Shown here: one piece after another, positions 22,358-33,890 of the stretch
Layout of the letters: each line of letters starts with the position of its first letter
Numbering within the stretch: position 1 is the first letter of the stretch
Source of the DNA: Psammoneis japonica
Taxonomy: Eukaryota
NCBI GenBank assembly: GCA_008632985.1
Contig: QPGO01000006.1
Span: 310,001 to 374,000 of the forward strand
DNA: 64,000 bases
Direction: 5' to 3'
Notes under the pieces: model-generated
What the model was told of the DNA's origin: nothing
Databases searched by the model: none
What the model saw: the letters and a program-made list of their open reading frames with translations, nothing else
Made by a program: the position numbers and the translations under genes

Positions 22358-22789
22358 TTGTTGGAAGTCGTTATGAAGGAACGGCATCCAGACCGTTCGT
22401 ATGCCGACTGCGTAAAAGCCATTGCCCAGTACAAGCTTTTCCTAGAGCTAAAGCAGGAGCACAATGAATACCAATCAGAGAAATTCTCTCCCTCCATCGC
22501 AATCGACGAAGTGTGGCATGCGCATCTGAGCATGTTGGACCGGTGCCAGAAGGACGTCCAGGCCATGACGAAAACTAACAAGATTTTCGAGCACAATCCA
22601 GTGCTGGGAAGTGCATCCAGGGAACATTACGCTGCTGCTCGAGAAGCGCATGCGACTCGAATGCAAAAACTGGGAGAGAAAGTAGACATCAGGTTTTGGC
22701 CGACGGAAACACCTCGAGAGGTTGGGGAGGATCATGACGGAGATTCTTACGACGGATTGTACCTTCCCTACTCTGCCAGCTGTGGCTAG
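22358..22789 (+). CDS. GRDP/DUF1399-like small protein
   Basis: AIAQYKLFLELK...FSPSIAIDEVWHAHL...HNP motif. The start is uncertain because of a probable frameshift just upstream. Confidence 0.7.
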   Translation: MLEVVMKERHPDRSYADCVKAIAQYKLFLELKQEHNEYQSEKFSPSIAIDEVWHAHLSMLDRCQKDVQAMTKTNKIFEHNPVLGSASREHYAAAREAHATRMQKLGEKVDIRFWPTETPREVGEDHDGDSYDGLYLPYSASCG

Positions 22790-23778
22790 AGAAAAGGCAC
22801 AACTGTTTCAATAAACTGTCGTAACCACATTATTAGCGTCTGTAGCAAATGAGATAGCTGTCCATCTTGGTGGCTTCTTGTTAATCTTGATTCGTTGGAG
22901 CCGTCGCCTCGGCCCAAGGCAATGCCGCAACCCTCAAATGGCCCAATGAATGACTCACCTCCAGACAAAAAAGCCTTAAAAAGAGTCCGACCAAGAACCT
23001 TGGCATTGTCTAAGACTCCATCCAAATACTGCGACAAAGACACCATCGTCTCCGGTTTCGTCCAAATCGTACGGATGTTAATTCAAGGATTATCGGATGC
23101 CGTGCAAAAAACAAAGACTGTCGCCAGCAAGCACTCCAACATGACAACGCCACGACAAACAGTCTTAGATGCGCCAAAGACATGAAGCGAGAGGATGGCA
23201 GGCACACGATGAATCAAGTCTGAAGCGAATCCATTTCTTTTTTGTAACACGGCGACTCGACTCGACTCGACTCGTACCGTACAAGAAGTTCTTGATGGAA
23301 ATTTGTACTTGCTGGAGCCACCCCGAGTGAGCAATCAATGCCATTGACACCTGATCATCCACTCATCTGGTCCATTAAGGACTATCGCTGCGATTCTCCT
23401 TCCGTGTGGCGATTGGCGACACCCAAAAGCAGCAAGTACAATAAGACAATTTTCCAGTGGCGATGCATGGTTCAAGTTGTGCTTTCAGCGTCCCTCTAGA
23501 GTAGAAGATGAGTTGGATGAACCTTATCGGTGCGGGCCGTCTCGGACTATAATTTCACATTGTAGGGTCAAGTTTCTCTTCCCGAGATGAATTGACCACT
23601 GCTTGTTGCGACTTGTGAGCTTTGGCGTTTTTCATCTGAAATGTGAACTCAAAAAGGAGCTGTTGGCATTCTACCCAAGACGGCATCATGAGTTGCTACC
23701 CACTCTTTCTCCTCCTCTTCATCTGAGGTCCCTGAAGAACAAGATCGGTGCCACCCGTTACAACAGTGCATCTTATCT

Positions 23779-26112
23779 TCATTTCTTCTTGTCTTTGCTC
23801 TTCTTCGCGCCCTTGCGATTCTTATTGCAAAATTCCTTATGATGTGGCCAGTCTCGCAGCTGACAGTCTCTTCCGCAATAAGAGACTTGTGCACAGCGGC
23901 TGCACGCCCTCAGCGTACTAGTGTTCCAGCAGCCAGGACCATTGCACATGTTGACAACCGCATTGCGTCCGGCTTTCGCACTGTCGTCAGTTTCATGCAA
24001 CTGTCTCTTGAACGCGCACAGTAATCCTCCAATTGCGATTTTATCAGCCACCCAGGAGAAACATTCTTGCTCTTCCTCGTCAAGTTGCTGTCGCACGTTT
24101 TCTCCGCTAAGAAGAATATCTCTGATAAGTTCAAGGTGGACACCAACAATGCGATCGAGTGGATCCATTGCAGACTGGTTATTTCGAAAAGAGAGCATAA
24201 CCTCGCGGCTTTTGATGTCTTCAATGACGCTCAGATAAGGACGGCCACGGACTGATCGCCGACGTAAAAAGTTCAAAGCTTGCTTTAGCATTGCGATTTG
24301 CGGTGTGATAGCCCTGTACAGCGTCAACGTTGTGTGGATGAAATTCATGGCAAGATATGCCTCCTGAACTTGCAGTGATGCTGCAAGAATCGGGTTATCA
24401 AAAAGCTCAAGGAGTTGAGCAAATATTGCATCACACAATTTGCTCATCACAGACGACATTGAAAGGATTGCTGAAGCATCTCGATCTGTATGGGAACTGT
24501 ACGCCTGCAAAGCACCCTGAGCAGCTTCCAATGCTCCGTGTAACAATTGATCATCAGCCTGCATCTTGGGCCAAGTCGGATCCCAGTTACCAGGTTTGTC
24601 ACCAAGAGAAAATCCAGGTACAAATGCATCAAGAGCACGGTTGGCCCATCTAAGCATAGGCATTTCAGCGCCAACGTCATGGACAAGTAGACGGCCTTCG
24701 GTTGTCCTCGCCGTCATCTTATACAGGCTATCACAAATCAGAAAGTTGATCTGACCAAAGCCGTCATGAGGGGAAGCCTGTATAAAGTACTGCAAGATTT
24801 CGACGTATCTACCAAACAAGCGCTTTCCACAAGTTTCTGCCACTAACTTCTGCCGTGCTGCCGATCCTCCGATGGCAAACCGATAGCATTAATCATCGAG
24901 CACATATTCCACCAGGACGTTGCGTACCCATCTACAATATTTTGGATCGAATGATTTCGACACATCAATGTCTCCGGAGACTCTGTAGTCTCTTCAACAA
25001 TTTTCAGCATGCGCACCAGATTTCTCGGTTCACAAAGTTGGTCTTTGGCATCCTCGTTTGCGTCCATCATATCTTTCATGAGATTGCACAGAGTGTGGCG
25101 AGTCAGGTCAGTCGCGTCACATGTCATGAATGCATCCACTACAGATTGTATAGAATCTGATTTCATGTTCTTCTCAGTTGTAGATGTCTTCGTGTTTGCT
25201 TGTAACGACTGGATAAGAGATGCCGAGAAGGCCCTCACCTTATCGCTGGGACTGGTGTTGAATGAAAGCAGAACCTTCAACACATCGGCAGCGTGCAACG
25301 CCTTTACGAATTTCTTTTCCTCCTGAAATTCTCCGACAAACTCGCAAAAGACTTGCTGGAGTGTACTAGAGATCGGTGCGTCACCAGTGTTACGAGCAAG
25401 ATCGACTGCGACTTGGAAACCGCCTGATTTGAGAAAGACCTTTGAGAGCTCTGGCTTGGTTCTTATGGCCGCTCGAATGAGGAAGAGTAGGTAGTAATTG
25501 AACATTTGAAAAAATGGGATAAACTTTTTTTCGTCTTCCAGCGTCGTCTTGATGGTTACTCCAACTCTAGTGAGATCCTTGAGGGAGCATCCTTTCATGA
25601 TGTCGCCGTAATAGCGAGCCCTCAGCCGCTTGGTCTTGTCGGAGGGAGAAAGTCGAGGGTCTGCACACCAGACGGCAAAGAACGGATAATGTCTTGCCAG
25701 ATTAATAAGGCCTCGAGCGAAAGACTTGGATATTGTGTTCTTTACCTGTCCTGTAAAGTATGGCGTGTGTTTGTACCCTCTTTCCCTCATGCTGTCGGTC
25801 AAGCGTTCGAGAGATGGGAGGATGGCCAAATGCCCACCGGCGTTTTCGAAGAGACTCGGAATCGCAAGATCTGTGTTTAGCAAAAGGCACACCAAAGGAT
25901 ATAGATTGTATAAGTGAAGTACAATGAAACACTCTAGAGGGCCCTGTGTAAGCCCAGAGGGGGTAGCGCGCCTCCTCACTTCAGCACTTACGTTTGCTCT
26001 CTCGAGATGATGCTTCGTCACTGAGGTCAGGTGGCGGAAAGTTCTCGAATTCTGCAATCGCCTCCGCCACCTTTGGCGCCGACATGTGCTGCACCACCCG
26101 CATCGAATCCAT
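23779..26112 (-). CDS. Helical (ARM-like) protein with a C-terminal MYND zinc finger
   Basis: Exon 1 is 26112-25992 (MDSMRVV...). Intron 25991-25871 (GTAAGT..CAG) joins in frame to ORF 24843-26132. A frameshift near 24850 leads into ORF 23779-24843, which ends CNGPGC...CSRCAQVSYCGRDCQLRDWPHHKEFC. Confidence 0.85.
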
Positions 26113-26302
26113 CGTATCAGCACCTTTTTCACCTTCTCAAACGCCAGTGGGGTAGTCTAAGGTCCAGCAATAGAATGGCTGTAGCGCACGCAAATACCGG
26201 TAATGCAAAATGCACGCAAGCTCTCGATGCCAAAGATTTTTTCTGAAACAGGCAAGGCCGGCCCAGTTGGACCACAATGCTACTCACTCTCTTTTACTCT
26301 AC
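26102..26302. repeat. Diverged non-coding repeat, copy 2 (directly upstream of the MYND gene start)
   Basis: TATCAGCACCTT, AAGGTCCAGCAATAGAATGG (26159-26178), GCCGGCCCAGTTGGACCAC and CTCACTCTCTTTT, in the same order as copy 1. Confidence 0.8.
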
Positions 26303-26430
26303 CGTACGTAGGTCTCTCTACTCTAGCTCTACTATCTACTCTCGGTCGCTCTCTACTCTCTACTCTAGCTAGAGAGAGTAGCTAGCTAGAGTAGTAATAG
26401 CTCTCTAGCTAGCTAGCTAGAGTAGAGAGA
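26303..26430. repeat. CTAG/TAG-rich intergenic tract
   Basis: CTCTACTCTAGCTAGAGAGAGTAGCTAGCTAGAGTAGTAATAGCTCTCTAGCTAGCTAGCTAGAGTAG. Confidence 0.8.
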
Positions 26431-26555
26431 AGAGACAAGGAGAGCGTATTTACAAAATCGGCACCTAATTGCTCAGTTTAAAACGGATCGGAGGAGGGTT
26501 CTTTTGAAGTGTTTGCGGACCAAAGCAAGCAGTACATAGTTTCTCTCTACTAGTA

Positions 26556-28887
26556 CTATTCATCTTCACCGTAGCTTGGCGCTTTACGTGACTTGGGAGA
26601 GTTATCCTTTGTAGTAGTAGTACCCTTTGCTTGTTGCGCCAGCTGCTTGAGTTCAGGAGGCTTATCCACCCATTCGAGTAGCTTTTGCTTTTTCATTTGA
26701 TCCCAATGAATCCAAAGCATGGATCCACGCAATCCAACGTTATGCTGCACGGTCGTGAGGCCCATTATCATTATCAAATTCGTCACGTTGACATTCGAAT
26801 CCACACTTGCTGTCGTGGGAAAGAATCCCAATCGCCGCGTCTTCCCACGGCATGTACTTGGCCGTGGCCACATGGGGTAAAATGCATTGCACGTGCTTGC
26901 GACTCAGTGCATAGCCCATTCCCTGGGCGTACACGGGATACTTGTCCTTGGAGTACATGGCCTTGGGTGTGTACCAATAACTCTCCTCGTTTCGTTGCAC
27001 CGTCAATCGTTTTTCGTCCAAATTACAAATACCCCAATAGTGTGGCTGATGCTTGGAGAGAATGCGTGAAATTTCGGGTATACCCACATAACTATCATCG
27101 TCCGCCTTGAAGACATAATCATAATGATCATCCACCAACATCGTCTCGACGGCGTGTAAAAAGACAAGAGTCTTGTACGTGAGCAAGAGATAATCTTCTT
27201 GAATGTCAATCCACACCAAATCTCCAAAATTGTAAAATTCTCTTGAATGTCTTCCCAAAATCCACCCACCAAAAAGAAAACACGATGGTGTTTTTGTTGT
27301 GCTGCTGCCCACGTGTTGCGAATGTTAAATCGTGGATCCGGTTTGGATGCATCCGAGAGAATACCAAAGACAATGACGGGTTTATCGTCGCCGTCATTGT
27401 TGTTTGGATTGCCAAGTGGATATCGGTAACGGAGTGTTTTGCCCGAAATGATTGTTTGGTTTTCACCCATTTCCACCGGCACTCGTTGCTCGACTTGTGG
27501 AACCATCCTCTTGTTGGCCTCCAGAGCTTCCTTGACAAAGGCTTGTACAAAGAGTGATTTGTGGTGATCGGGCAAGACAATGGATTGAACCACATCAAGA
27601 TTGTGCAACAACACTTTAATCTCATCGTCTGGTACATTTTGTAGTTGGAGTAGCGCCTCTTTTGGCTTGGCAATGAAATCGGATTCCTTAATGAATATAC
27701 AAAAGTCCTTCATTTGAATACTCGACTGAAAGGGACCGGCATAATCTTGGTAATGGTCGCTAATCACAACGGGTATACATCCCGCTCGTACCGCATAGAG
27801 GAGCGAGTGAGAATGCGGCGTGTCTCCCCGAATCACGAGACAAAACCTGGGACGAAACAAAGTGCTCAATCCATTCGTCTCGTTCCATCTCCATACCAAT
27901 ACTGGATTTTGGAAAGTTTTCCATTTGGATGTCAAACGGAGCCTTGCGAAAGGGTGTCGAACCGTACCCAAACGGATCCCACGTGGCATTGCGGCTGTGA
28001 TAGAATACAAAATAATTGGAAGCTTTGAATTTGTCCAGCGTTGGTGTTTGGATTGCAAAGGGTGCATCCACACCCAAACCAATCGAAAAGGCCTTGGTGA
28101 CGGGCAATTCTTCCGGAAACAAATAGTTGAATCCCTTTTCTGTGGAATTGGTCTTTTGCTGTTTTATGAGTTTCAAACACCCAAACGCATCATAGTGACT
28201 GGCTACCGTGACATTTTCCAATACACGATAATTCCGTGATAGAGCCGGAACGTAGGCTGCAAACCGTGGATTAAAGGAAAACCATCCATACGAAACAAGC
28301 ACATGATTGTGTCCCTCTTGATACAGTGCATGTTTGCGCAAAGCCTCGACGGCTTGATCGAAATCATGACAATCCTCCCAACGACATCCCTGTGCCACCA
28401 TTTCGGAAATCAACCACGGAATAATGTAGAGACGTGCCTCGTGGGGATTGCGTGTGCGAAGATTATGTCGTTCTAGAGCTTGCAACGTATCACGTTCGGC
28501 TTGTAAATCTTTTTCCAAATGATCCAAGCCTTCCGCATCGGGTGAAATGGGTGTCTTGACGGATCGTTTGATATTGAGAATGAGTTTGCGTGAAATGGCG
28601 TGATCTTCGTAAATGTAAAATTTGGTTTGAATGTTCTTGAGAGCGTCCGTGTTGATTATGGATCTTGTGGTTGTTTGTAATTTTCGGCGTTGTTGCAGTG
28701 TCGGAGTGGCAACAGAGACTGCTTGAGGTCGTTGTTGTTGTGACGATTTGTTGTTGTATGGAAGAAGCACCGAAACAGACAACATGGCTACAAGGACACA
28801 TGAGACAACTGCCTTTGTTTGCCAAGAGTATTGATTATTAGGATGCGTCGTCATTTTTGTGCTTGACGTCGACCGTCGCGTCGCCAT
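26556..28887 (-). CDS. Second GT47 + GT31 fusion glycosyltransferase, frameshifted
   Basis: Collinear with 10003-12342 (KFYIYED, EKGFNYLFP, FCLVIRGDTPHSHSL, KADDDSYVGI, MGLTTVQH, WVDKP). Split over four ORFs; likely start MATRRS at 28887. Confidence 0.85.
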
Positions 28888-29006
28888 GGCCAATTTTCTG
28901 TTTTTTTTTTTGAGTTGAGAGTTGAGATTGAGAGTGACCGCGCGGGCAGAGGACCGCGCGAGGTAGGACATACGGCAAGGCGGCTTCACATTGAAAGCAT
29001 TCATGA

Positions 29007-30164
29007 TTGAATAAAATGTATATCAATATTCAAAAATTGGACAAATTTGACATTTTTGGAATGAAATTTGGAAAAATCAAAAACGCGTCTGCGGTCGGTG
29101 CAAATAAAGCACTTCACAAAACCGCAACAACAACAATGACAATCTTTACAAAACATAAAAAGAGCATCGTCCAGTGTCGGTTGCTCTTCTTTCATAAGAA
29201 ACCCACCTTATTGATTCTATGCGTCTTTATAGCGTTGAGTTGGAGATTTCTGTCGACATCCTTTACAAACAACAACACAACTACAAGTCTACAGTATCAT
29301 CATCCTCATGATCCTCCGCCTCGCTTACACAATCATTCGCAATCATTACCCATTCATCGCACCTTTACTCCAGGTGATTATGCCGGTGGCAAAGATCGTC
29401 CTCCGATTGTGCTAGAGCAATACAAGCTCATCTTTTTTCCCACCGCCAAGGTGGCAACCACAACGTTTCATTTTTTGTTTCGTCGCGTCATGGGCTACCA
29501 AGATTGGTATACCGTTTCCAAGAAATTGCCACACACCATGGGATCTAATGGATTGGTGTATCTGACGGACTTTTCCAAACAACGTGCACATGAAATCATG
29601 ACGGATCCCACATGGACCAAGGCTATTTTTGTACGAGATCCAAAAGAACGTTTGCTTTCAGCCTATCTCAACAAGGGCGTACACAAATTTGAACACTATC
29701 TTTGGAAAATTTGCAAACGAAAACACATTTCCAAACAAGAGTGTCAAGATCAACACGCCTCGAGTTTGGAATCCTTTTTTCAATTCGTCACGGCGAATCA
29801 TCCCGAATTGGCCATGGACGAACATTGGATACCACAATACGAACGCATGCAACCCGAATATTGGCCTTTTATGAACTTTATTGGAAATTTTGAAAGGATC
29901 CAACACGATGCAAAGCGATTGTTGCAACGACTTGGCATGTGGGAATTATACGGTCAGTACGGTTGGGGCAATGAAATTCGAGACGTGATTCAAATCACAA
30001 ACAAAAATGAAAGTATATTTGCCAGCACCTCGCATCACTCGACCAATGCCAAAACCAAATTGATGGAGCACTACAACAATACAGAGTTTGAACAACGAGT
30101 ACAAGATTTTTACAAGATGGATTACAACAATAAATTTTATTCGCATTTTTTCAAAAAAGGATAA
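29007..30164 (+). CDS. Carbohydrate sulfotransferase (Sulfotransfer_2 family)
   Basis: TM anchor, 5'-PSB-like AKVATTTF, 3'-PB-like FVRDPKERLLSAY, HWIPQ, FIGNFE and terminal FYKMDY. The real start is probably a downstream ATG (about 29136). Confidence 0.88.
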   Translation: MNKMYINIQKLDKFDIFGMKFGKIKNASAVGANKALHKTATTTMTIFTKHKKSIVQCRLLFFHKKPTLLILCVFIALSWRFLSTSFTNNNTTTSLQYHHPHDPPPRLHNHSQSLPIHRTFTPGDYAGGKDRPPIVLEQYKLIFFPTAKVATTTFHFLFRRVMGYQDWYTVSKKLPHTMGSNGLVYLTDFSKQRAHEIMTDPTWTKAIFVRDPKERLLSAYLNKGVHKFEHYLWKICKRKHISKQECQDQHASSLESFFQFVTANHPELAMDEHWIPQYERMQPEYWPFMNFIGNFERIQHDAKRLLQRLGMWELYGQYGWGNEIRDVIQITNKNESIFASTSHHSTNAKTKLMEHYNNTEFEQRVQDFYKMDYNNKFYSHFFKKG

Positions 30165-30304
30165 AGTTGCTCCAGTGATACATGGGCGGTAATCAAAATT
30201 GCATACATTCGGCGGTTACTCTTTGAGTAAATACTTGCAGTGAATAGTCGATTTTTTCACTGGTACAAACTGCAAAAGCCCGTCATAATATATATAATCA
30301 CTAT

Positions 30305-30365
30305 TCTCTTTCTCTCTAGAGACTCCCTCTGCAGTAGAGAGTAGAGACTAGCTAGCTAGAGAGAG
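30305..30365. repeat. CTAG/TAG-rich intergenic tract
   Basis: TCTCTCTAGAGAC...GTAGAGAGTAGAGACTAGCTAGCTAGAGAGAG. Confidence 0.7.
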
Positions 30366-30633
30366 CAGCGAGCAAATAATCTCAAGAAATGTTGCAAGAC
30401 GGTGCATCTCGATCGCAGATTGACGTCTGTGCTGTGGACTCATTGAACCACTAATAAATTTACTTACAGTATGACAGACTGTATTTGTTTTATTATTCAA
30501 TGCTAATGCTCAAATTAGGGTCTGAATAATCATATTTCCGTTGCGTCTTGGCGCGTCTCCCACCACCTTGAAAATTGAAAAGCGAGAGAAAAAAGGTGCA
30601 CAAACGCCCTGTGTTGTCGTCGTCGCTCTCACC

Positions 30634-33600
30634 ATGAGTCAACAACGACACGATAATCACAAAATAAGAATGGAGATTGGTGGATACTACCTTGATGATG
30701 ATGATGAAATACAGCATCAAGAACCGCTAGTGCTGGATCCTGCTCGTCCAATTTCACAACAACAAACACCGCCACAAGAAGGCATGGTACAAAAATTCTT
30801 ACAGGCAGCAACTTCAAAACCAACCACTCGATTCATCAAACAACGCAAACAAGATACAACCGAACAACAACAACAAGACGATGATGAAGTTTATATTGAT
30901 TCATATTATTATACAGCAGCCAAATGGGCACAAGATCCAACTTGTGTTGTTTATGCGGGATACTTGTTGAAATTGGGAACGAGAATTGTAGAATTCAAAC
31001 GACGCTTCTTTGTTCTGACGAGACCCATTTCGTACCTGTATTACTTTTTATCACCTCAAGATGTTGAACCACGAGGATGTATCAATTTGCAAAATTGCAA
31101 AGTCCAAAAAGACGAAGCCGGAAATAATCGAATACACGTGACACTCTCGAATAGTAATCAAGTGATTGTCTTGGAGGCACGCAACCAACAAATACAAGAG
31201 GAATGGTTCGAGGCGTTGCAAAACAATCATGAAGCGTGTCTCGAAGAATTGAGAATGGCAAAAGACACACAAGAAGAACAATCTCAAACCATACAAACAT
31301 TGCAAGAGACCATTCGAGAATTAACGTCCAAGCAACAAACGGCCGAGTCGAGAGCAAGCGCGTGTGAAACCAAATTACAACACTTGGAGCAAGGTATACG
31401 GCTCCTTACAAGACATGTGACTGTCCAAAAGGATGATGAATCAGCCGAACAAAAGGATACTGAACAAGAAGAGGAAGAACCAGAAGAGAGGAGCGACGAG
31501 GACGAAGACGACTCGTCATTGGTGAATGGTGTGAATCAATCGCAAGCGTCACGAGAGAATGCCCTATTGGACTCGGCCGACGAGGACAGCACAAGGACAC
31601 CCGAAGAAGACTTGCTCACTGTCATGGATCAAACACCGTTTCCGGGTTCGTTTTCGTCACTCTATTGTGCCTGCAATCAATTGAAACAATTTGCAAATTT
31701 GAGTGCCAACGAAGCATCCACGGCGGTACACGATTTGCATCAGGCTCATGCAACGTTGCAAAAATTACAAAAGCGCATGACCAAGGCCGAACAGTATCTC
31801 TTTCAATTGTGGCAAGACAATTGCAATCAACGAAAATCTCTTAAAAAACTCAAACAAGAAAAGAAAGTGTTGGTCAAGGAAATCAAAAACTCACTCATGA
31901 TGGTGTCGAATTCGAGCAATCAGAATCGTGCTACTACTACCAACTCGAGCAGCGCGGAAAGAAACACCACAAACGAAGCAACGACGCAAACAACAGCAGC
32001 AGAGGATGAACAATTGCTGAATGAGTTGGAAGAGCACGTCATGACGAGTATTAAATTGCATGAAGAGTTGTTGTTGGCGGGTGGTGGCACCAATACTGCT
32101 AATTTTGTTCGAGACTCGTTTTCGTCGTCGTCGCAACCCGCCGTAATTGCGTCACTCATGGACAATATCGACGACGATGATGGATCCATGGAGAGCAATG
32201 ATGACGACGATGAAAATTCCATGGCTCCGTCATTGGTATCGTTTGTTCAGGGTGGCAAGTGTGCACAAGAATCAAAGGATGATGGAGAAACTGCAAATGG
32301 ACAAGAAGCCGGTCTCGACACGATCGAGTCGGATACGGTGCGACATTTTGAGGGGGCTGATCAAGCAAGAGCTACCGAGGAAAAGGATCTCTCCAGCAAT
32401 GATGACGAGTCCGCTACAGTGAATGTGAATTTAAATCGATCTGCAGCGGATGAAACTCCTGAACCTACACTACGTTTGTCGCAGCACGACGTTTCAAAAG
32501 AAGATGATGATGACGATTCTACCGAAACGGAAGAAGAAAACCCACTCGTGGCACTTGACGCAACCGAGGATGAACAGGACGTGCCTGCAGTACCTACAAG
32601 GCAGTCTCTTGTCACACAAAATGGCAGAGCCACATCGCGTCTCATTTCTCCCCTAGCCGACGTTGTGGTTGTTGATGGACGACGACAAGAAGGAGAAAGT
32701 GTCGAAACGACGAGCAACAAGGACGATGGACGTGTCTATCACCTTTTGTTTTATTCACGCAAAATTGGAATTCAATTTCAAAAAGTTCCGATACCACAAA
32801 ACAACTCAACAACGAAAACGGGATTGTTGACGCATGCCATGACGAGTGATTTGGGTCCAGCCGTAATTGTCAATGGTCAAGAAAAAACAGCGTCGGAGCT
32901 TCAACGGATTGCCGCCATTTCGAGATTGGCAACAGACAAGGAGGATGGATCCAATGATTTTGAACAACAACAACACTGTCCTGTAGTGGGTCCTGTCGAT
33001 GCCGTGTTGGTTTGTGGTTTGGTTGGATTTGATCATTCCGCCAACCCAACGACTTGTTGTCGTCGTCCCAAACTGGGATCCCGACTCGTGGCGTTTGATG
33101 GTGTTAGTTTGGAAGTTGGTCGTTGGACCTTTGAGAGTGTCCGAAAGGCTATTCAAGCCCGTGGTCGACCGCTCACGTTGAGTTTTCGCGACGACATGCT
33201 GACTACGCATCAGCGAGAAATTCTTACAAGGGCCATTGTCGATATCAAGGGTCGAACTCCAACAAGGGAGCAGCATTATCATCATCTTACTCCGCCCCCA
33301 TCCATACCCCGGCCACCATCCAGTGATAGCGAACCTCGGATACTTGTCGGCAGTAGTGGTCGTATTCATGAAGTTGTAGGACGAGACGATGCCGACGACC
33401 AAAGCAGTGTGTCAACCATGGCTAGTGTCTCTATTGCCAGCGACCGCCAGTCGGTTGGAGGTGGCGATCGAGGAGTGCCTTCGAGACGGAGTCCCTATTC
33501 GTTTAGCGAGGCTGGTTCTTCCAGTATCGTCTCTGCTGCTCTTGTTGGACCTCTCATGGCGAATTTAATGTCCAACTTGTCCTTGACGCCAAGCAATGGC

Positions 33601-33702
33601 CAGTCGTCTACTAGTAATGTCCCCAACTATCTTTTAAGTGACGCGGCAGAATCAATCGAAAACAAGGCTCAACATCGGCAGTTTGAGGAGAGCCTACTGT
33701 AG
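30634..33702 (+). CDS. PH-domain, coiled-coil protein with a PDZ-like C-terminal region
   Basis: PH motifs AGYLLKLG...FKRRFFVL...PRGCINL...EEWFEAL; acidic and coiled-coil middle; GSRLVAFDGVSL...RPLTLSFRD. Confidence 0.85.
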   Translation: MSQQRHDNHKIRMEIGGYYLDDDDEIQHQEPLVLDPARPISQQQTPPQEGMVQKFLQAATSKPTTRFIKQRKQDTTEQQQQDDDEVYIDSYYYTAAKWAQDPTCVVYAGYLLKLGTRIVEFKRRFFVLTRPISYLYYFLSPQDVEPRGCINLQNCKVQKDEAGNNRIHVTLSNSNQVIVLEARNQQIQEEWFEALQNNHEACLEELRMAKDTQEEQSQTIQTLQETIRELTSKQQTAESRASACETKLQHLEQGIRLLTRHVTVQKDDESAEQKDTEQEEEEPEERSDEDEDDSSLVNGVNQSQASRENALLDSADEDSTRTPEEDLLTVMDQTPFPGSFSSLYCACNQLKQFANLSANEASTAVHDLHQAHATLQKLQKRMTKAEQYLFQLWQDNCNQRKSLKKLKQEKKVLVKEIKNSLMMVSNSSNQNRATTTNSSSAERNTTNEATTQTTAAEDEQLLNELEEHVMTSIKLHEELLLAGGGTNTANFVRDSFSSSSQPAVIASLMDNIDDDDGSMESNDDDDENSMAPSLVSFVQGGKCAQESKDDGETANGQEAGLDTIESDTVRHFEGADQARATEEKDLSSNDDESATVNVNLNRSAADETPEPTLRLSQHDVSKEDDDDDSTETEEENPLVALDATEDEQDVPAVPTRQSLVTQNGRATSRLISPLADVVVVDGRRQEGESVETTSNKDDGRVYHLLFYSRKIGIQFQKVPIPQNNSTTKTGLLTHAMTSDLGPAVIVNGQEKTASELQRIAAISRLATDKEDGSNDFEQQQHCPVVGPVDAVLVCGLVGFDHSANPTTCCRRPKLGSRLVAFDGVSLEVGRWTFESVRKAIQARGRPLTLSFRDDMLTTHQREILTRAIVDIKGRTPTREQHYHHLTPPPSIPRPPSSDSEPRILVGSSGRIHEVVGRDDADDQSSVSTMASVSIASDRQSVGGGDRGVPSRRSPYSFSEAGSSSIVSAALVGPLMANLMSNLSLTPSNGQSSTSNVPNYLLSDAAESIENKAQHRQFEESLL

Positions 33703-33769
33703 TTCTCAAGTCTATGGACCTGGTATTTAATTTTAAGACGTATTGATCCAGGGACGAGAATTACGCCCA

Positions 33770-33890
33770 ACTAGGCTACTAGCTAGCTCGGTTGAGTAGT
33801 CTCTACTATCTCTCTCTCTGCTTAGAGAGCCCCTCTAGTAGCTAGAGGGCCTCTAGCTACTTCTAATAGTAGCTGTTGGTACTACAGTAA
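33770..33890. repeat. CTAG/TAG-rich intergenic tract
   Basis: CTAGGCTACTAGCTAGCTC...CCCTCTAGTAGCTAGAGGGCCTCTAGCTACTTCTAATAGTAGC. Confidence 0.75.

Noticed and set aside
22895..23185. Small plus-strand ORF and nearby (GACTC)4 repeat
   Set aside because: No motif or other support; the pentamer run is a trivial microsatellite.
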